A DNA stretch of 61,552 nucleotides, counting the filler, from Circinaria calcarea (Eukaryota): assembly GCA_051942165.1 (NCBI GenBank). It is 4 parts of 4 records of this genome, joined end to end, with 100 filler letters (N's around TTAATTAATTAA, not from the genome) between each part and the next. Parts side by side here need not be neighbours in the genome. Positions count along the whole stretch, not along the records: positions 1 to 15,326 come from JAVECS010000371.1; positions 15,427 to 30,750 come from JAVECS010000372.1; 2 more parts are not named here. One strand, written 5' to 3'. A model generated the notes under the pieces. That model saw only the letters and a program-made list of their open reading frames with translations, did no database searches and was not told where the DNA came from. Position 1 is the stretch's first letter. Each line of letters begins with the position of its first letter. Both the position numbers and the translations under genes were made by a program. Shown piece by piece: positions 11,654-22,371 of the stretch.

Positions 11654-13000
11654 ATGTCAATTAAGATGCGCAAATCAATGGCCCCGGAGCCTGGGGCAGG
11701 GTTGGCCACATCCAACCACTCATCAGCTAGAACCTCCCCAGAGCCTGACACCCCCGCCTCCCCGCCTTTGCGCAAGAAGAAGCGCAAAAGAGAAGACAAA
11801 GCTGTCGAGGAGATTGAGGTCGACATTGGTGCTCCAGAGCCCCCATCCAAAAAGGCACTCCGAAAGGCAAAGAAGGGCAAGATTACATTACCTATTAAGG
11901 CTGTATCTCCTGCTGTCAAAAGATCTACGGATGAATTCAGAAGCGAGTTAGATGAGGAGCCGGCGGAAGACGCTTCCAAGCCTTCAAACCGATCGGGCCA
12001 TGGTATATGGATTGGAAATCTACCTTACTCAACAACCAAGGCCTCTCTAACCAACTTTTTCACGAAGGATTCAGCCACCTCAGAATCTATGATTACAAGA
12101 ATACACATGCCAGCGCCTAATACAAACATTATAGAGGCTGCACGGCAGGGCATCAAGCCTCTGAATCAAGGCTATGCTTACGTCGATTTCTCTAACCGGG
12201 AATGCGTTGTGGAAGCTATTACCATGAGCGAGAAGCTACTGCTTGGTAGAGCGGTGCTCATCAAAGACGCCAGAAGCTTCGAAGGTAGGCCGGAGAAGTT
12301 GAGGGAGCACAACTACGGCGAATCAATCGCAAAATCCACGGGAAAGCCTCCAAGCAAACGTGTCTTCCTCGGCAACCTACCGTTTGATACTACCGAGGAG
12401 GAGCTACGAGAGCAGTTTAGCCGATGCGGTGAAGTTGTGGAAGTGTTCGTTGCAACGTTTGAAGATACGGGGCAGTGCAAGGGGTTTGCCTGGGTTACAT
12501 TTTCTGAGCTTGAGGCTGGGATCGCCGCGGTGCGAGGGTGGGTGAATATGGAGGTCACGCAGGACGGTGGGCAGGGGGATTCAGAAGCCGGGGAGGAGCA
12601 AGCAGAGTTTACAGCAAAACCGAAGAGAATGCGGAAGTGGTGGGTCAATCGAATCAGAGGCAGGACCATGCGCATGGAATTTGCAGAGGACGCAGCAACT
12701 CGTTACAAGAAGCGGCATGGAAAGCGCGGCTCCGCTACGAGAAAAGATTCTACTGGGCAAGATATCAATCCTGCAGCGGAAGACAACATAGTAGCGTCCA
12801 CTGTAGGCACCAATGGGTCTGCTCAGACTTCCAAATATTCTCAGACTTCCAAAGGTTACGACAGGAAGAAAAATTCGGGTTTCCGATCCGGGATGAAGAT
12901 AGACGCTCGAAATATCAAGCCGGGAGCAGCTCTTGCAGAGGCAGCGAGGCTGACAGGGGCAATCGTGGAGAGCCAGGGGAAGAAAATCACGTTTGCATAG
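11654..13000 (+). CDS. NOP13: Nucleolar double-RRM RNA-binding protein (Nop13/rnp24-like)
   Basis: APEPPSKKALRKAKK; RRM1 GIWIGNLPY..NQGYAYVDF..VLIKDARSFEGRP; RRM2 VFLGNLPFDTT..CKGFAWVTF; C-terminal TGAIVESQGKKITF. Confidence 0.85.
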   Translation: MSIKMRKSMAPEPGAGLATSNHSSARTSPEPDTPASPPLRKKKRKREDKAVEEIEVDIGAPEPPSKKALRKAKKGKITLPIKAVSPAVKRSTDEFRSELDEEPAEDASKPSNRSGHGIWIGNLPYSTTKASLTNFFTKDSATSESMITRIHMPAPNTNIIEAARQGIKPLNQGYAYVDFSNRECVVEAITMSEKLLLGRAVLIKDARSFEGRPEKLREHNYGESIAKSTGKPPSKRVFLGNLPFDTTEEELREQFSRCGEVVEVFVATFEDTGQCKGFAWVTFSELEAGIAAVRGWVNMEVTQDGGQGDSEAGEEQAEFTAKPKRMRKWWVNRIRGRTMRMEFAEDAATRYKKRHGKRGSATRKDSTGQDINPAAEDNIVASTVGTNGSAQTSKYSQTSKGYDRKKNSGFRSGMKIDARNIKPGAALAEAARLTGAIVESQGKKITFA

Positions 13001-14230
13001 AGCAGATAACCAAGATGCATGGCCTATCTTGCTAATCGCTAGATCAGTTTGGCAGTGCTTGTGAGCAATGCCTATATCAAAGCTCATGTCAACAACAAAG
13101 ATACCAGAGCCTTGCAACCTACCTGCCAAAGTTATCTCCATGAGTGCTCTATACTAGCTCTGCTGTGCGCTGTTTCTCTCCCACTTGTTAGACATCCAGC
13201 ATGTGAAGAATATCGTAAAGGTTGTCTTCCTATCAATGTTGAAGGTACTCCCAGTAATTTACTCGGGCACATGAAACATCAAAAGATGGTGCTTGTCGCC
13301 TACATAGCCTATATCTCCGTCGGGGACACCGCAGATCCAGAGGGCAGGTTTTCTTCTGCTCTACGAAGATGGTGGCGGCCATGATCTTGAGAGTAATCAA
13401 CTACAACCTCCATATCTTGACGATTGTATTTTGCCACCAAACATGCCTGTTGTACTTACCTATCCACGCTCCTTCTACGCACAGTCGTCGGCCTCGTTTG
13501 ACCATTGACCTCCATTTGTCAGGCCAGTAAGGTTAGTAGACCAGGTTCCGGAGATCAAGGTATATCAGGGTTCTAAGCGGAAGGGATTTCATATACCAGA
13601 TGAAGGAAAGATGGGTCACGGTGTAGCTACGGTTCAAGAAGTCGAGGGTGGGAGTGTAGCCGTGATGGCTAGGGTAGCCATGACGAGGAAGGGGACTGTT
13701 GGATGTGCAGGAAGAATCCAAGTCTAATTGTGAAGAGAACTATCTGTTTAGCTTGTGCGACTTTAGGTATATAGTGATAAGTAACCTTTGTAGCGACAGT
13801 ATCAGGCAGATGAACTTTTCCATCGCTGGCCCGGTATCATCAGACGTTATAAGGTCAAGGTGCTTGGCTTTATGTGCGCCATTTTGCCTATCACGGACAA
13901 GGTAGAGCTGGTATGCATTTCAAAAATCTTATGGCGGTGGTATTGTAAGGAAGTGACAGAGATTTCTTGCCGTTAAGCAACTTTATAGGTAACGAGTACC
14001 TTTGATAATCTTACAATTTTAAAAAGAGTGATTGTGTCGGATGTGTGCCAGCAATCCAGCCAACATGCCCCTCCACATCAGCATCAGATGAAGCATTCAC
14101 AGAGAGCCCTAACATCACGCAGGACGTCAATAGTTTGTTGCATAAATCTACTCACAGCTCTTACTCAGAGCCAATTGAGGAGGAAGGGACAGGCAGGCGA
14201 GTTTTGGACGTATATAAAGTGGCAGTGACA

Positions 14231-14273
14231 AAATCCTGAGATGGGGGTTCGAATCCTTCCGCGGGCCTTTTTT
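14231..14273 (+). pseudogene. tRNA-like 3' half (B box, T-arm, acceptor 3' strand) followed by a T6 Pol III terminator
   Basis: AATCCTGAGAT-GGGGG-TTCGAAT-CCTTC-CGCGGGCC-TTTTTT. T-stem pairs with two G-U. No matching 5' half recognised upstream. Confidence 0.5.
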
Positions 14274-14664
14274 GGGGGGCATTTTCGAGAATCATCCAAG
14301 TTTAATTAAGCGAGTTCGTTGTTCTGACATCTGTATTAGTTGTTAAAGTCCTCTATGATTTGGGTTCTAAAGACCCTCTCTGGGTTTGTAGTAACACGAG
14401 TGAGTGCTTCAGTCATCACATGTGAAGGAAAGAAGGACATGGGAAAGCCTACTGAATCCTAGGGATTCAGAATAGCACCAACTGAAGGAGTATATAATAG
14501 AGGAGCATGACCAAGTATCTGCGTATAGATGGATATCCTGAATCAGTCCTCTCGTGTAATAGGCTTTGATAAAAGTGGGTGAAACCATGGACGTAGTCAC
14601 TCCGTATGGGAGCAGGTTGCCGGACAGATGAAAGAGACTCACGTACTAGAGCACTGCTCGGTAG

Positions 14665-15326
14665 TCATCTTCCCAAAGCTAGTGCAACTACTTTCTTGCC
14701 CTTCTCACCTCCCAAGTAGTCTGGGGACTCGATGCTATCATCGTTCATAGAATCATGCTGAATATCCAGACTAGCGTCGTAGGCCCTCATGACCATCTCT
14801 TCATCAACTCTGACGCCAGCTTCTACTAGTGCTCTGATGCATCCTGCCAGCCTTGCAATCTCCCTTCTGGTTTCCGGGCTGATCTCGTCGTTCTGACTGG
14901 AGTAGACGGAACTACTTACGGTTTCCTCTAGCCTTGTAATAGAGAACTGCGTAGTCGCTGCTTCGGAAGAGGCATGCTTTGAGATCCATATGTAGCCGTT
15001 GACGCCAAGGACCACATCCACCTCACCCCCTCCATTGCCTGTGCTGACAGTCCAGACTTGTCGTCTCGACCGTACCACCCCGCCTCCACCTCCGGTACCT
15101 GACACAGCCAGGAACAAGCCGTTCCGTAGCTTTCCATACTTCAGAGAACGGGTATGTAACGAAGCGGCGCCGTCTTGGTGTATTGACTGAACTTCTGCAA
15201 CCAGCAGATCTCCTTCAGAGAAGAACGTTCGTATTTGCAGCTCATCCGTGGTAGTCCGCTTCCGGAGAATACCACCTGGCAGATTAATAGCACTGAGAGG
15301 AAGATGTGCGAGCAGCGGAGCAGATA
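14665..15326 (-). CDS. RRP4: Exosome complex component Rrp4 (5' part cut by piece end)
   Basis: [51 protein letters not shown] and KH-like [16 protein letters not shown]. Confidence 0.93.
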
Positions 15327-15426
15327 NNNNNNNNNNNNNNNNNNNNNNNNNNNNNNNNNNNNNNNNNNNNTTAATTAATTAANNNNNNNNNNNNNNNNNN
15401 NNNNNNNNNNNNNNNNNNNNNNNNNN
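15327..15426. other. Artificial contig spacer N44-TTAATTAATTAA-N44
   Basis: 100-bp spacer with a six-frame stop linker, identical to the other two spacers. Confidence 0.97.
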
Positions 15427-15442
15427 AAACATCACCATCACC

Positions 15443-16358
15443 ATGTCTTCATCGACGCCGGCGTCCAAAACTGCTCCGCCACCAACGGGATCTCGAGGTA
15501 CCAAAGCCAAATTATCCAAGACGGTTGTACTCAAGTTAGCATCGCGTCTCCTTTCTACTTTTCCCCACGAAGAACCCGCTCGCAAGCCCTCTCAACCCAA
15601 ACCAACGCAATCCAAGCCGACCCAGCCCAAGTCGTCCACCTCATCCGCCTCGACCAACTCGACGCCGGTCCCTCTCAAAGAGTCCGCGTCCCCAACGGAC
15701 ATTAAGTCCGAAACGAAGTTGACGCCGACACCCGGCGGCCCCGAAAAGCCGGCGATGCCTGCTGATGACAGTAAACGGAAGGGACCTGGAGGACCCAAGG
15801 GTGGTGTCAAACGTTCGCTTGGAGCAGTATCTGAGGGTTTGTCAAGACCTCGTGCTAAACCAGGACCAAAGAGGAGAAAACTGTAAGTCATTGGAGCGGA
15901 AGCCGCCACGTTAAAAGAGATCTCGCCATCGACTAACGCGAATTCTGAATAGGGACAATGGCACCAGCGATAACAACGAATCGACGAATAGGCCATGGAC
16001 TACTCCCGCACCGCTTACCGGCCACAAGCTTGGACCCAAGGCCAATCAAGGTGCCATCAATGCTGGATTACGTGCTCTGGACCGAACCGGCAAGCCATGT
16101 CGTAAGTGGGAGAAGAAAGTGTTCCGGTTGAAAAGCTTCACCGGTATCACATGGGAAATCCCTTCATGGCATGCCCCCAGAAAGCCTGTTGCTGATATCA
16201 AGTCCGACCCTGGCCAAAATGGGACACCAACGTCAAACAGTGAGAACCAAATTAACAACAGCAGCAGTAATATCGGAAGCGACAATAGCCAGCTCGGTAA
16301 TGCTGACACCAAACCTGCTGCAAGTTCGCCCGCTCCCGCTATCACAGCTGCTGCATGA
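15443..16358 (+). CDS. IES4: INO80 complex subunit Ies4
   Basis: N-terminal VVLKLASRLLSTF; after intron 15883-15952, HKLGPKANQGAINAGLRALDRTGKPCRKWEKK..LKSFTGITWEIPSW. Confidence 0.88.
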
Positions 16359-17315
16359 TTGTTTTGGCTGCTTTCTTTGGATATTAACTCCACGCTGGGT
16401 ATGACAGCTGTTGTTCTTTCAGCCGAGTTTGGTATTTGTGCACGGCTGCACTCCTTTCTGAACATGAACGGCATGCATGCATAGGCGTTCACAGGGTCGG
16501 GCTACTCAAGGACCGATAGACTTGTATCATCAAAGTGGCCATGTTATGGCATGTCATCGGCGTTGTCTAAAAACTGTTCTAATAGCTTCGCCTTGCTTTA
16601 CACTATAGATTCCGTCTCGTACGCTTCAAGACGAACCTGGCTACTAGAGCTCGTGGGTTGAGGAGGATAGCATTGAGATCAACGCAAGACACCTCAGAAA
16701 CATTGCAGCCCTCGATTGCTTTGTAGATGTCCAGTCCACCTGATATACTCTTGATATATAATCTACGAAACGGCTACAAAAGTAGAGCATTGAAATCCGT
16801 TGCTAATGAAAACATCAAGTTGTATAGTGCCAGAGCTTCATGTGTTCTGAAAAGTTGAAAACTGGTCAATACCTTGCTCAACCTTTTTGGTGTCGATGAG
16901 AGTGGCCTTGTTATAAGCTGGGATTGCTCAATGCGGGGAGAAGCGAAGTGTCATGCACTTCCCATACATCCGCTCCCTGCCTCAAGCTACATAATCACTC
17001 CTCATACTAAACAAGAACCTCATAGCTGCGGATGACTTACGACATGGATATCCTTATGTCCGTCACTCCACTGGACCGTTTCGCAAATATGCTTGGGTAT
17101 CTGGCGAGGTCGTAGCACACTGATGTGGATTAAGCTCCCCGTCTTCATTCAGGTCTCGAGTACCCCAGCGCCTTTGCGGGACTACTAAGCATTTGAAAGA
17201 ATCTGAAAGGCGGTACTACCATATTCACGCAGCTGTTCGCCGTCTTGGAGTGTTCCAGACACTGCAAATAGAATACGGGGGCTGTCCAGGTCTCCACTTC
17301 GGTAGCCAATCTGTC

Positions 17316-19648
17316 ATGACCAATACATTCCCCCACGGCTCCTCAGGGGCTCCTCCACCAGCTCATCATTCTGGACCTAGTACCGGGATGCCGCCACGAC
17401 GGTCTTCGTACGCTTCGGTGGCGGCTGGTACAGCGGCCGCTTCTGCACAGAACCAGCCACCTCCCACTCGTTCTGGAGCCTTCTCCCACCTCCTAAATCC
17501 CGGTCCCTTTCGCTCTCCCAACGTCCACGCACAAGAAACGGAGCATGTTTCTCAACATCAACGTCAGTCTCCCGAACGGCCGACTGCGGCGGACAACAAC
17601 GCTACTCTTTCAAATTCGTGGGGAAAAAGTGGCAACTCTTATTCACCAGGCTACCCCGATAAATATTCCTTTGGGGGTGGATACGGATTCTCGGAGAGTA
17701 TGGTTTCGAGTCCCAATGGCTTCTTCAAGCCCTCATATCTACGGAACTCAAAATACATGGAGAAACTCGAGGCCGCTCATAAAGCCAAGCTCGCAAGTCA
17801 GCGGGAGGCAGCCTCGGTGCATTCCTCCCATGCCGGATCTCTCTCTGCCAGCTCCAGTAGTGTCAGTCTTCATCGATTAGCACCTTCACATCGGGGAATG
17901 ACCTATGAGATTGTCGAGAATCACCCGGTGGTGGAGGACGATGGAATTCCACCGTTGCCGTCAAAATGGGCTGAGGTGGACAAGTACGGTGGGCTTGAGA
18001 TAGCAGCAGACGGCCTGGATATTCGCTACGCAGGACTCCTGAAAACCCATGACCACGAGGCTGCAGCAGCACGGACGGATCATCCTATGCCCCCGCAATG
18101 CGGCATCTACTACTATGAGGCAACTATTATCTCAAATGGAAAAGAAGGGTATGCACATGGCAAGATAGAATGATCCGGCCAACACTGATATTCAATAGTA
18201 TGATTGGTGTTGGCTTCTCTGGACCGAAAGCTTCTCTAGAAAAACTGCCTGGCTGGGAGCCGGAATCCTGGGCTTACCATGGGGACGATGGAATGTCATT
18301 CTGCTGTCAAAGTACCGGTAAAAAATACGGTCCAAAATTCAGTACTGGCGATGTCATTGGTTGTGGAGTCAATTTTATGACAGGATGTGCATTTTTTACC
18401 AAGAACGGCGTTTTTCAAGGTAATCCTGGTGGCGAATGGTTCCTGCTCAACGAGCTGATTTACGGCAGGCAATGCATTTCGAGATCTTAAAGATGTGAAG
18501 CTATACCCTTCAGTCGGCATGAAGCGACCAGGGGCACAGTTAAGAGTGAATTTCGGCCAGTCGCCGTTCTTGTTTGATATTGATGGTATGGTGGCTGTAA
18601 GTATCCGTGCTGTTATCCAAAACAGGTCATGACCAAAGCTTATACATTGCAGCGCGAGAGTTCGAAGATTAAAGAGGAGATAAATTCCGTCAACGTTGCT
18701 TCGCTACAGCCACCTCTAGACGAGGATTCTCTGATCAAAGAACTCGTTGCTCAGTTTCTTGCGCATGACGGTTACGTCGAGACGGCCAAGGCGTTTGCGG
18801 GAGAGGTAAGATCTGAAGCAAATGCACTGCGAAGTGGGTCGAACACTACACTCAATACTTTCGAAATGGAAGACGATCTCGATGCAGTGAACCGGCAACG
18901 TATAGCCCACATTTCCGGTTTGGCATCAACCCATTGATTGCTAATGAGTGACCAGAGATTCGAGCTGCAATCCTAGATGGAGATATTGACAAAGCTTTGA
19001 AACGGATAAACGCATATTATCCTAATGTTCTCCGCGACAACCATAAGATCAACTTTCGAATTCGATGCCGAAAGTTCATCGAGATGATGCGGCAGACGGC
19101 CGAACTGCGCAAGGCATCTACCGAAAGGCGTCCCAAAGCGGGGATGAGCCATTCCAACGACATCTTCGAGCAGGCCATGGAGCTCGACGACCGGATGAGC
19201 AATAACGATGACTGGGATAGAATGGATACCGAGGAAGCCGACAACGACCTCAAGTACGAAGACAAGATGAACGAGACGGTGCGATACGGCCAAGACCTCA
19301 AGTTTGAATTCAAGGACAAGCAGAACAAGGAGGTCAAGGATTTCTTGCAGGAGATGTTTGCCATGTTCGCCTACGAGGACATCTGGAAGTCGCCGACGGC
19401 GCATCTGCTAGAGCAGAGTGGACGGGTCGTGGTGGCGGAGGAACTTAATTCGGCCATTCTGGGTCTGTTCCCACCTCTGTCCATGTCCAATGTTGGCGAA
19501 GATTCTAACGGCATCAGTTTCGCTCGGCAAGTCCTCCTCGGCCGCGATTGAACGGCTGTGTCAGCAAACCGAAGTGCTCGTCAGCGATATCAGCGAAGAG
19601 GGCGGCGCCGGCGCGTTCATCAATGTCCATAATGATTTTCTTAGGTAA
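17316..19648 (+). CDS. Ran-binding protein 9/10-like (SPRY-LisH-CTLH-CRA; GID/CTLH complex scaffold)
   Basis: SPRY PQCGIYYYE..LPGWEPESWAYHGDDG..GDVIGCGVN; LisH QFLAHDGYVETAKAF; CTLH IRAAILDGDIDKA..RCRKFIEM; CRA VAEELNSAIL. Five short introns. Confidence 0.9.
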
Positions 19649-20128
19649 AGTGTGAGCGGGTCAAGTAATTCAGGGGACAAGGATTCAGGCTACATGGACG
19701 ACAGGCGCTACGGTGGACGAGGAGCGGTTCTGCTAAAGGTCGTTTGGCGTATTCCTCTCCCCTTCCCTCATGGCAGCATCGGTACAGTATGGCCACATCT
19801 CTCTCAGACTGTTTGTAAATAAAGATAACTCGGGTGAGGTAGGGAGGAGGCTTGATGACTAATCGCCGACTCCAAACTGTAGTTCAAAGCAGCCTGCCTC
19901 TGTGTATTCCGTATGCGGAGCCGCGTTGACCGCTTCAAAGTCGTCATCCATTTCTCTACTTTATTTCCTAGTGGTGCCGCTACGCTACGCTACGAGCCTT
20001 TTCTTCTTGCTTTAGTAATGCCTTGAGATCAGACAGATTCGTTACTGATATGGAAGCTTTCATTCTCGTATTTTCCTGCCCGGCCTGGGATTAATTGTAC
20101 ATTTCGGGAAGTGTTTTCTCATCTCGTC

Positions 20129-21862
20129 ATGATGCATTTCGCGTGGCGAAAGCGCCAAGGATCCACCCCGCCTGTATTGTTGAATATCAGGTCCGCCAAA
20201 TGGTTTATTCTGATAACAATCTGCGCTGCCATCTTCACGGTTCGTCCTCATGCCTCCTCTGAATAGTCATCAAGGCTTAGACTCTGTGGGCAGGACTTGT
20301 TCTTATACGGCATTGTACGTCCTTTGCATGGTCGGTCACACGTTGATGCCGACGACATCTGACTTCACATCGTCTAGATTGTACCCGTAATTCCCTTTGC
20401 ACTGTCTCAACGAGCTGGAGTCGATGATGGAGATGGTAGGTCTTGAACGTGGACTTCGCCATCTCTTGCAAGTTGCACTCAATGGTGCTAATCACCTTCA
20501 CCAGTACAACACTGGGTTTCGGTTCTCCTGGCCGTTTATGGGGCTGCCCTCCTTGCTGGTTCGCGTACGTTTTATTCGCCCTCTAAGCCTTCTCCTGCTT
20601 CTTCTAATTCGCGTTCAGCACTGTGCGGCTGGCTGGCTGACAAGTCGCCCAATCGACGGCTGCCCTTACTCGTCGGTCTGTTTGCCCTTGCCGGCGCCAC
20701 AGTCATGCTATGCGTAGGGTCGAACATCGGGACTCTCATTGCCGGGCGTCTTTTGCAAGGCCTTTCTGCAGCCGTGGTATGGACCGTTGGACTTGCATTG
20801 CTTGTCGACACTATTGGACAGCAGGACATTGGGCAAGCCATGGGCTATGTTTCACTCAGCATAAGTCTTGGTTACCTCATTGCTCCGCTCTTAGGAGGCG
20901 TAGTGTATCAGAAGGCGGGATACTATTCGGTATACTATATGGCTTTTGCGCTGATAGTTGTTGACATCTTTCTTCGGTTGGCTTTGGTGGAGAAAAAAGT
21001 TGCCGCAAAATGGAAGAAGTCCGGCATCGGGCAAGCATCTTCGCCATCGCCGACTTCGTCCCAGCCATCAGACACCTCTGCTGTTGAACATCCAGCATCC
21101 CACGAGGAGTCGAATGGTCAGTCTCTGACCGCCCGTTCAGACCGCTTATGCTCTCCGATTCAGCGCTCTTCACTTCCTCCCATATTGACCTTGCTTGCCT
21201 CCCGGCGCCTCTTAGCTGCGTTGTGGGGGTGTATGATACAAGCATCGATCCTCACAGCCTTCGATTCTGTTTTACCTCTTCGTGTTAGCGCAGTTTTTGG
21301 TTGGTCATCTACAGGCGCAGGAGTCCTCTTTCTCGCCTTAGTTGTACCCTCATTCATTGCGCCTCTAGTCGGGACTATGTCAGACAAATACGGGCCTCGA
21401 TGGCTTGCCGCTGCTGGGTTCTTATTAGCTTTTCCCTTTCTAGTGCTTCTCCGCCTTGTGGACCACAACAGCTTGAACCAGAAAGTACTGCTGGGTGCTT
21501 TACTGGCTTTGATAGGTTGTAGTCTGACATTAGTCATGACACCTTTAATGGCAGAGATTACCTACGTCGTACAAGCGAAGGAGAAGTCAAATCCGGGGGC
21601 TTACGGAGAGAAAGGGGCTTACGCTCAGGCATATGGTCTCTTCAATACCGCTTTCGCTGGCGGAACCCTGATAGGGCCCATCTGGGGTGGATTTGTGGTC
21701 GCCAGGGCTGGCTGGAATACGATGGCTTGGAGTCTTGGACTTTTAAGTGCATTGAGCGCCATCCCAGCTGTGCTCTGGGCTGGTGGCTTTATTAGTAAGA
21801 GACATAGGGATCAAGCTAGATGGAATCATAAAGAAAATACCGACGAAGCTGTGGCAGCATGA
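20129..21862 (+). CDS. MFS transporter, vesicular amine transporter (SLC18)-like
   Basis: Spliced N-terminus AIFT|DLFLYGI|VPVIPFAL, GRLLQGLSAAVVWTVGLALLVDT, GAYAQAYGLFNTAFAGG..GPIWGG. Four short 5' introns. Confidence 0.9.
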
Positions 21863-22371
21863 TAACGTAACTGACGGTTGCATGTTCGGCGTCCTGGTCG
21901 CAAGGGCATTAAATTATGGTTTGCTCGAGAGAATGGCGACCATCGGTAGAGCTTTTGGTATATTGCGATTTGCTGATAAAGCTAATTCAGGGGAGGGCTG
22001 TAGCAAAAATCGCTCACCCAGCATGGTATGACTATTGCGCTGATGGGTTCAAAGGTTTCCTTTGTGCATATAAATTCTCCAGGTGCGACAGCAATGTAGA
22101 AACGAAGTTATCAACCAAGTCACTCTAGCGTCTCGAGCTTGCTCATGTCTTCATATACTCCTTCCTCGTAAACACAAGCTGTTCGTTGGTTGCTTCCGTG
22201 ACAAGTCCTTGCGAGTCTGTGCTTTCTTCCCCCAAGAGTTCCTACTTATGAGTTCTATGTTTTTGTTCTTCTTAGTCTTTACACACTATCGTCCTTACAA
22301 CTCATATTTTTACAATCGCTACTCCAAAACTCGCGGTGGAGTAAATCTTACTCCCACTGGCGGTTCTGCTT

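Noticed and set aside
13445..13470. TACTTACC as the 5' end of U1 snRNA
   Set aside because: No U1 stem-loops or Sm site recognised downstream; it is just the reverse complement of a GGTAAGTA donor-like string.
13829..13900. GCCCGG start resembling eukaryotic tRNA-Sec
   Set aside because: No D-arm, TCA anticodon arm or long variable arm can be folded.
15371..15382. TTAATTAATTAA palindrome as a biological repeat or piggyBac site
   Set aside because: Identical, N-flanked and exactly centred in all three gaps: a synthetic six-frame stop linker.
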